A program made the translations under genes and the position numbers. This document shows, piece by piece, positions 47,714-50,613 of a stretch of DNA of 50,613 nt. The notes below the pieces were generated by a model, which was not told the origin of the DNA, searched no databases, and was given only the letters and a program-made list of their open reading frames with translations. Position 1 is the stretch's first letter; every line of letters begins with the position of its first letter. Source of the stretch: Octopus bimaculoides (taxonomy: Eukaryota); the NCBI RefSeq assembly GCF_001194135.2, contig NC_068990.1, positions 37,972,011 through 38,022,623 of the forward strand, read 5' to 3'.

Positions 47714-49846
47714 ACGTTAGTAAATATGAGTAGCTGACTCAACACCTTGTCATCAACTAAGTACACTTTCGATACCAAAAGTTCTCTTTATAATAAGGCA
47801 TTGAAACTATTGGAGTTATATATGGTCACATTTATCAGCGTGCTATCAAATACTTAATAAAGCATCACGTAGCTCATCCATCTCATTTTCTTCCGTTTAA
47901 TGTCATTAAAAACTGTAACTGGACATTTTCTAACCGAAAAAATTTAAAAGTCAATTACATTTTTACTCCATAAACTTAGAATGCCTAAACCAAGCTAGCT
48001 AACTAAAGCTAACAAGTGATGCAAAAATGCAAAGTTTTACCCTGTATAACTATCGTAAAATTCTGAAGAAATCATATATAGTGTCGCCTCCATAAAACCG
48101 TACCAGAATATATAGTGCACAGATTCTACTGAGGTAATTTGAAAGATAAAATGACTACTTCTCACATACCTCACTTGTGACATAAATAAAACAGAAGTAC
48201 AACGTTGTCAAATTTCATTTCGAATTTGAAAGACTATATTACTGATTTTAGTACCAGACAGAATATCATGAGGTGATGCAAACCATATAGAAATGGAATA
48301 AAACGACGTGTATAATTATAACTGAGAAGTGGCTCATAATGGTTATACATTATATAATTCTTCAAATTCATCTAGATACAAAGCAGGACAGCTTTACAAA
48401 ATTCTGCTATTTTGGAAAGCACCTTCTAAAATAATAGAAGATTCCATCATCTGGCTAAATGAATGAATATATTACAACCACACACTCATTTTCTGTTATA
48501 ATGAGACGCACTATATTATCTTTCTAGATAATACTACGGATCATTCAATGCTTTTTGTTTTTTCGCTTTATTCACTATCTGACTACTTTGAATTCACTAT
48601 GCTCTTCAAAAATCTATATTATAATTTTTTACAATGCTTTTGCTAGTTTATCATATACGATATTATTCATTTTTACAGTAAAGTTTACTTAAAGAATGAC
48701 TATTACTTTTGTCTACTTAATGTAAAAATGTGCGTATCCATGAACATAATTTGGTTCACATTTGAATTGTTTAAGTAAAGTATCTATCGTTTCTTAGGCA
48801 TCATCGGAGTAATGCGAATCGAAGGGCAAACTGCGAATAAACAAACTTTTGGAGAAATTGATGTGTAGATTAAAAACTCATATAGACTTGGGGAAATTAA
48901 TAATTTAGAGGTGAATGTTTTTCTTTATAATGATCTACAACTAATAGTCATAATTAGGTATCATTATTTTATTCATTCTTTCTGCATTCAAAACAGAAGA
49001 AAAAATGACATTATATTCATATTGAATGTAAGAATGAATTTACATCACGTCAATTAAAAATTCGATACGCCCCTTGGCTAAGTCATATAAAAGAATAAAA
49101 AATGTATGCTATATATGAACAAATGAATCGTATGAAATTCTGCCCGAAAAAACATTACTACTCAACAGACACTCAGAACGCATTTACTGTTACACACAAT
49201 ACATTCAAAAATCATTTTGAAATCTCGTCATATTACTTCAAATCAGACAAGTATGTTTGAAGTGTCAAATAATTATTTGCAGAATTTAGTTTTTACACTT
49301 GTTGTCACAAATAAGAACCAACAGTTTAGAAATATTTTATTAAAAAAAAATACTGAAATACGTGTTTCATTCTTTCAATTCAGATAGCTACAATCGTATA
49401 TAAACATAAGCTACATCTTTTTTAAATACTTTAAATTTAACCATTTAAAAAAGTACTCCCATCTTTAATTACTATTGTGACACACTGCGAATATGTTTTA
49501 ATTTACATGATTATGTCAATAACCAAAGCTACAAATATTCACTCTCCATTATTTCTACCAGTTTAGATATAAGTACATTATCTAATTTTCTTTCTACAGA
49601 TGACCAGTTATCTATTTGCAAATATTTGACTCTACAGCCAAGGATGCATATCAATCCTAAATCAATATCCATGAACACAAACATCTATCTGCATTGTAAC
49701 GAAATATCAGTACTTTAACGGATCCATTAAAACGAAACTTTTCCTGAATCCTTTAAAATAAAATTGTCAATTAATTGCAACGTGCATATATAGTCTAAAG
49801 TAAATTTTCCATGACAGTATATAAAATGGTATGTCCCAAAATGAGT

Positions 49847-49877
<31 letters not shown>

Positions 49878-50312
49878 TTAACGCTCTTTTTCTATAAAGT
49901 ACTTTGAATAAATCTATATTTGAGCCTAGCTTGTTTCTTAACCTACTGATGCAGTTTTCGAATGTTTGGAAATTTGTCCGCTTTTCCATTTAGTTCAACG
50001 ATTCCGAAGATGAAACAATAGATCTTTCGTAAATACTTTAGATTCCGCCTGGCATAAATATGCATATATCAGACTCTCCTTTATCGGAAACGGCTATCGA
50101 ATTCTGTTTTTAATTTGTGGTTATTTGTTCTGCCGCAAAAAATATTTCCAAACACACTAACACGCACACATATATGTGTGTGTGCGTATGTGTCTACATA
50201 TGCACACACACACACATATGTATATGTATATATATGTATATATAGGTATGTATGTGTGTGTATTACATGTGTATTTTATAAATATACATACATACATATA
50301 AGTATACGTATA

Positions 50313-50343
<31 letters not shown>

Positions 50344-50582
50344 ACATACATAATATATATATATATATGCAGATATCTATATACTTATATCACAAACACT
50401 TTCAAAGCAGTTAACATATACAAAGCACCACCAAATATCACAAGCACAGATAAGCACAAACATACATATATATGCAAGTAGTAATATAGTCTCACTCTTA
50501 CAAAGATTACATATTGACACATAACCCCTCGATTATACATACAAACATGCGCACAACCAACTACATCCTGGAACACAATTTC

Positions 50583-50613
<31 letters not shown>

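Noticed and set aside
50003-50035. Hammerhead-like CCGAAGA-t-GAAA...TTTC-GTAAA
   Set aside because: Both core segments are altered and there is no stem I or III.

Overview
AT-rich, microsatellite-saturated eukaryotic DNA from a fragmented assembly (six N-gaps, nearly all flanked by simple repeats). The tRNA-derived SINE families, Dong/R4-type and RTE LINE debris and TA/AAT microsatellite load look like an octopus genome; this is an inference from remembered repeat families, not a search result. I find no intact protein-coding gene, rRNA, true tRNA gene or CRISPR array, and nearly all ORFs in the supplied track are microsatellite or gap artefacts. Supported content: about 20 SINE copies or fragments from four families; six fragments of TAA-associated Dong/R4-type non-LTR elements; RTE LINE fossils; a Tc1 transposase fossil; a mariner-type end; a hAT MITE; a Helitron helicase fossil; a decayed Penelope-like RT; and two related solo-LTR-like elements. 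The best leads are three or four hammerhead-ribozyme-like cores of the Penelope type (27.6, 43.4 and 43.7 kb, weaker at 26.65 kb), a three-way-junction fold inside the LTR-like element, an uncharacterised AAT-tailed non-coding repeat present as five fragments, inverted repeat pairs that could be A-to-I editing substrates, and a few unconfirmed candidate exons. Repeat boundaries are approximate unless target-site duplications or terminal repeats are quoted.
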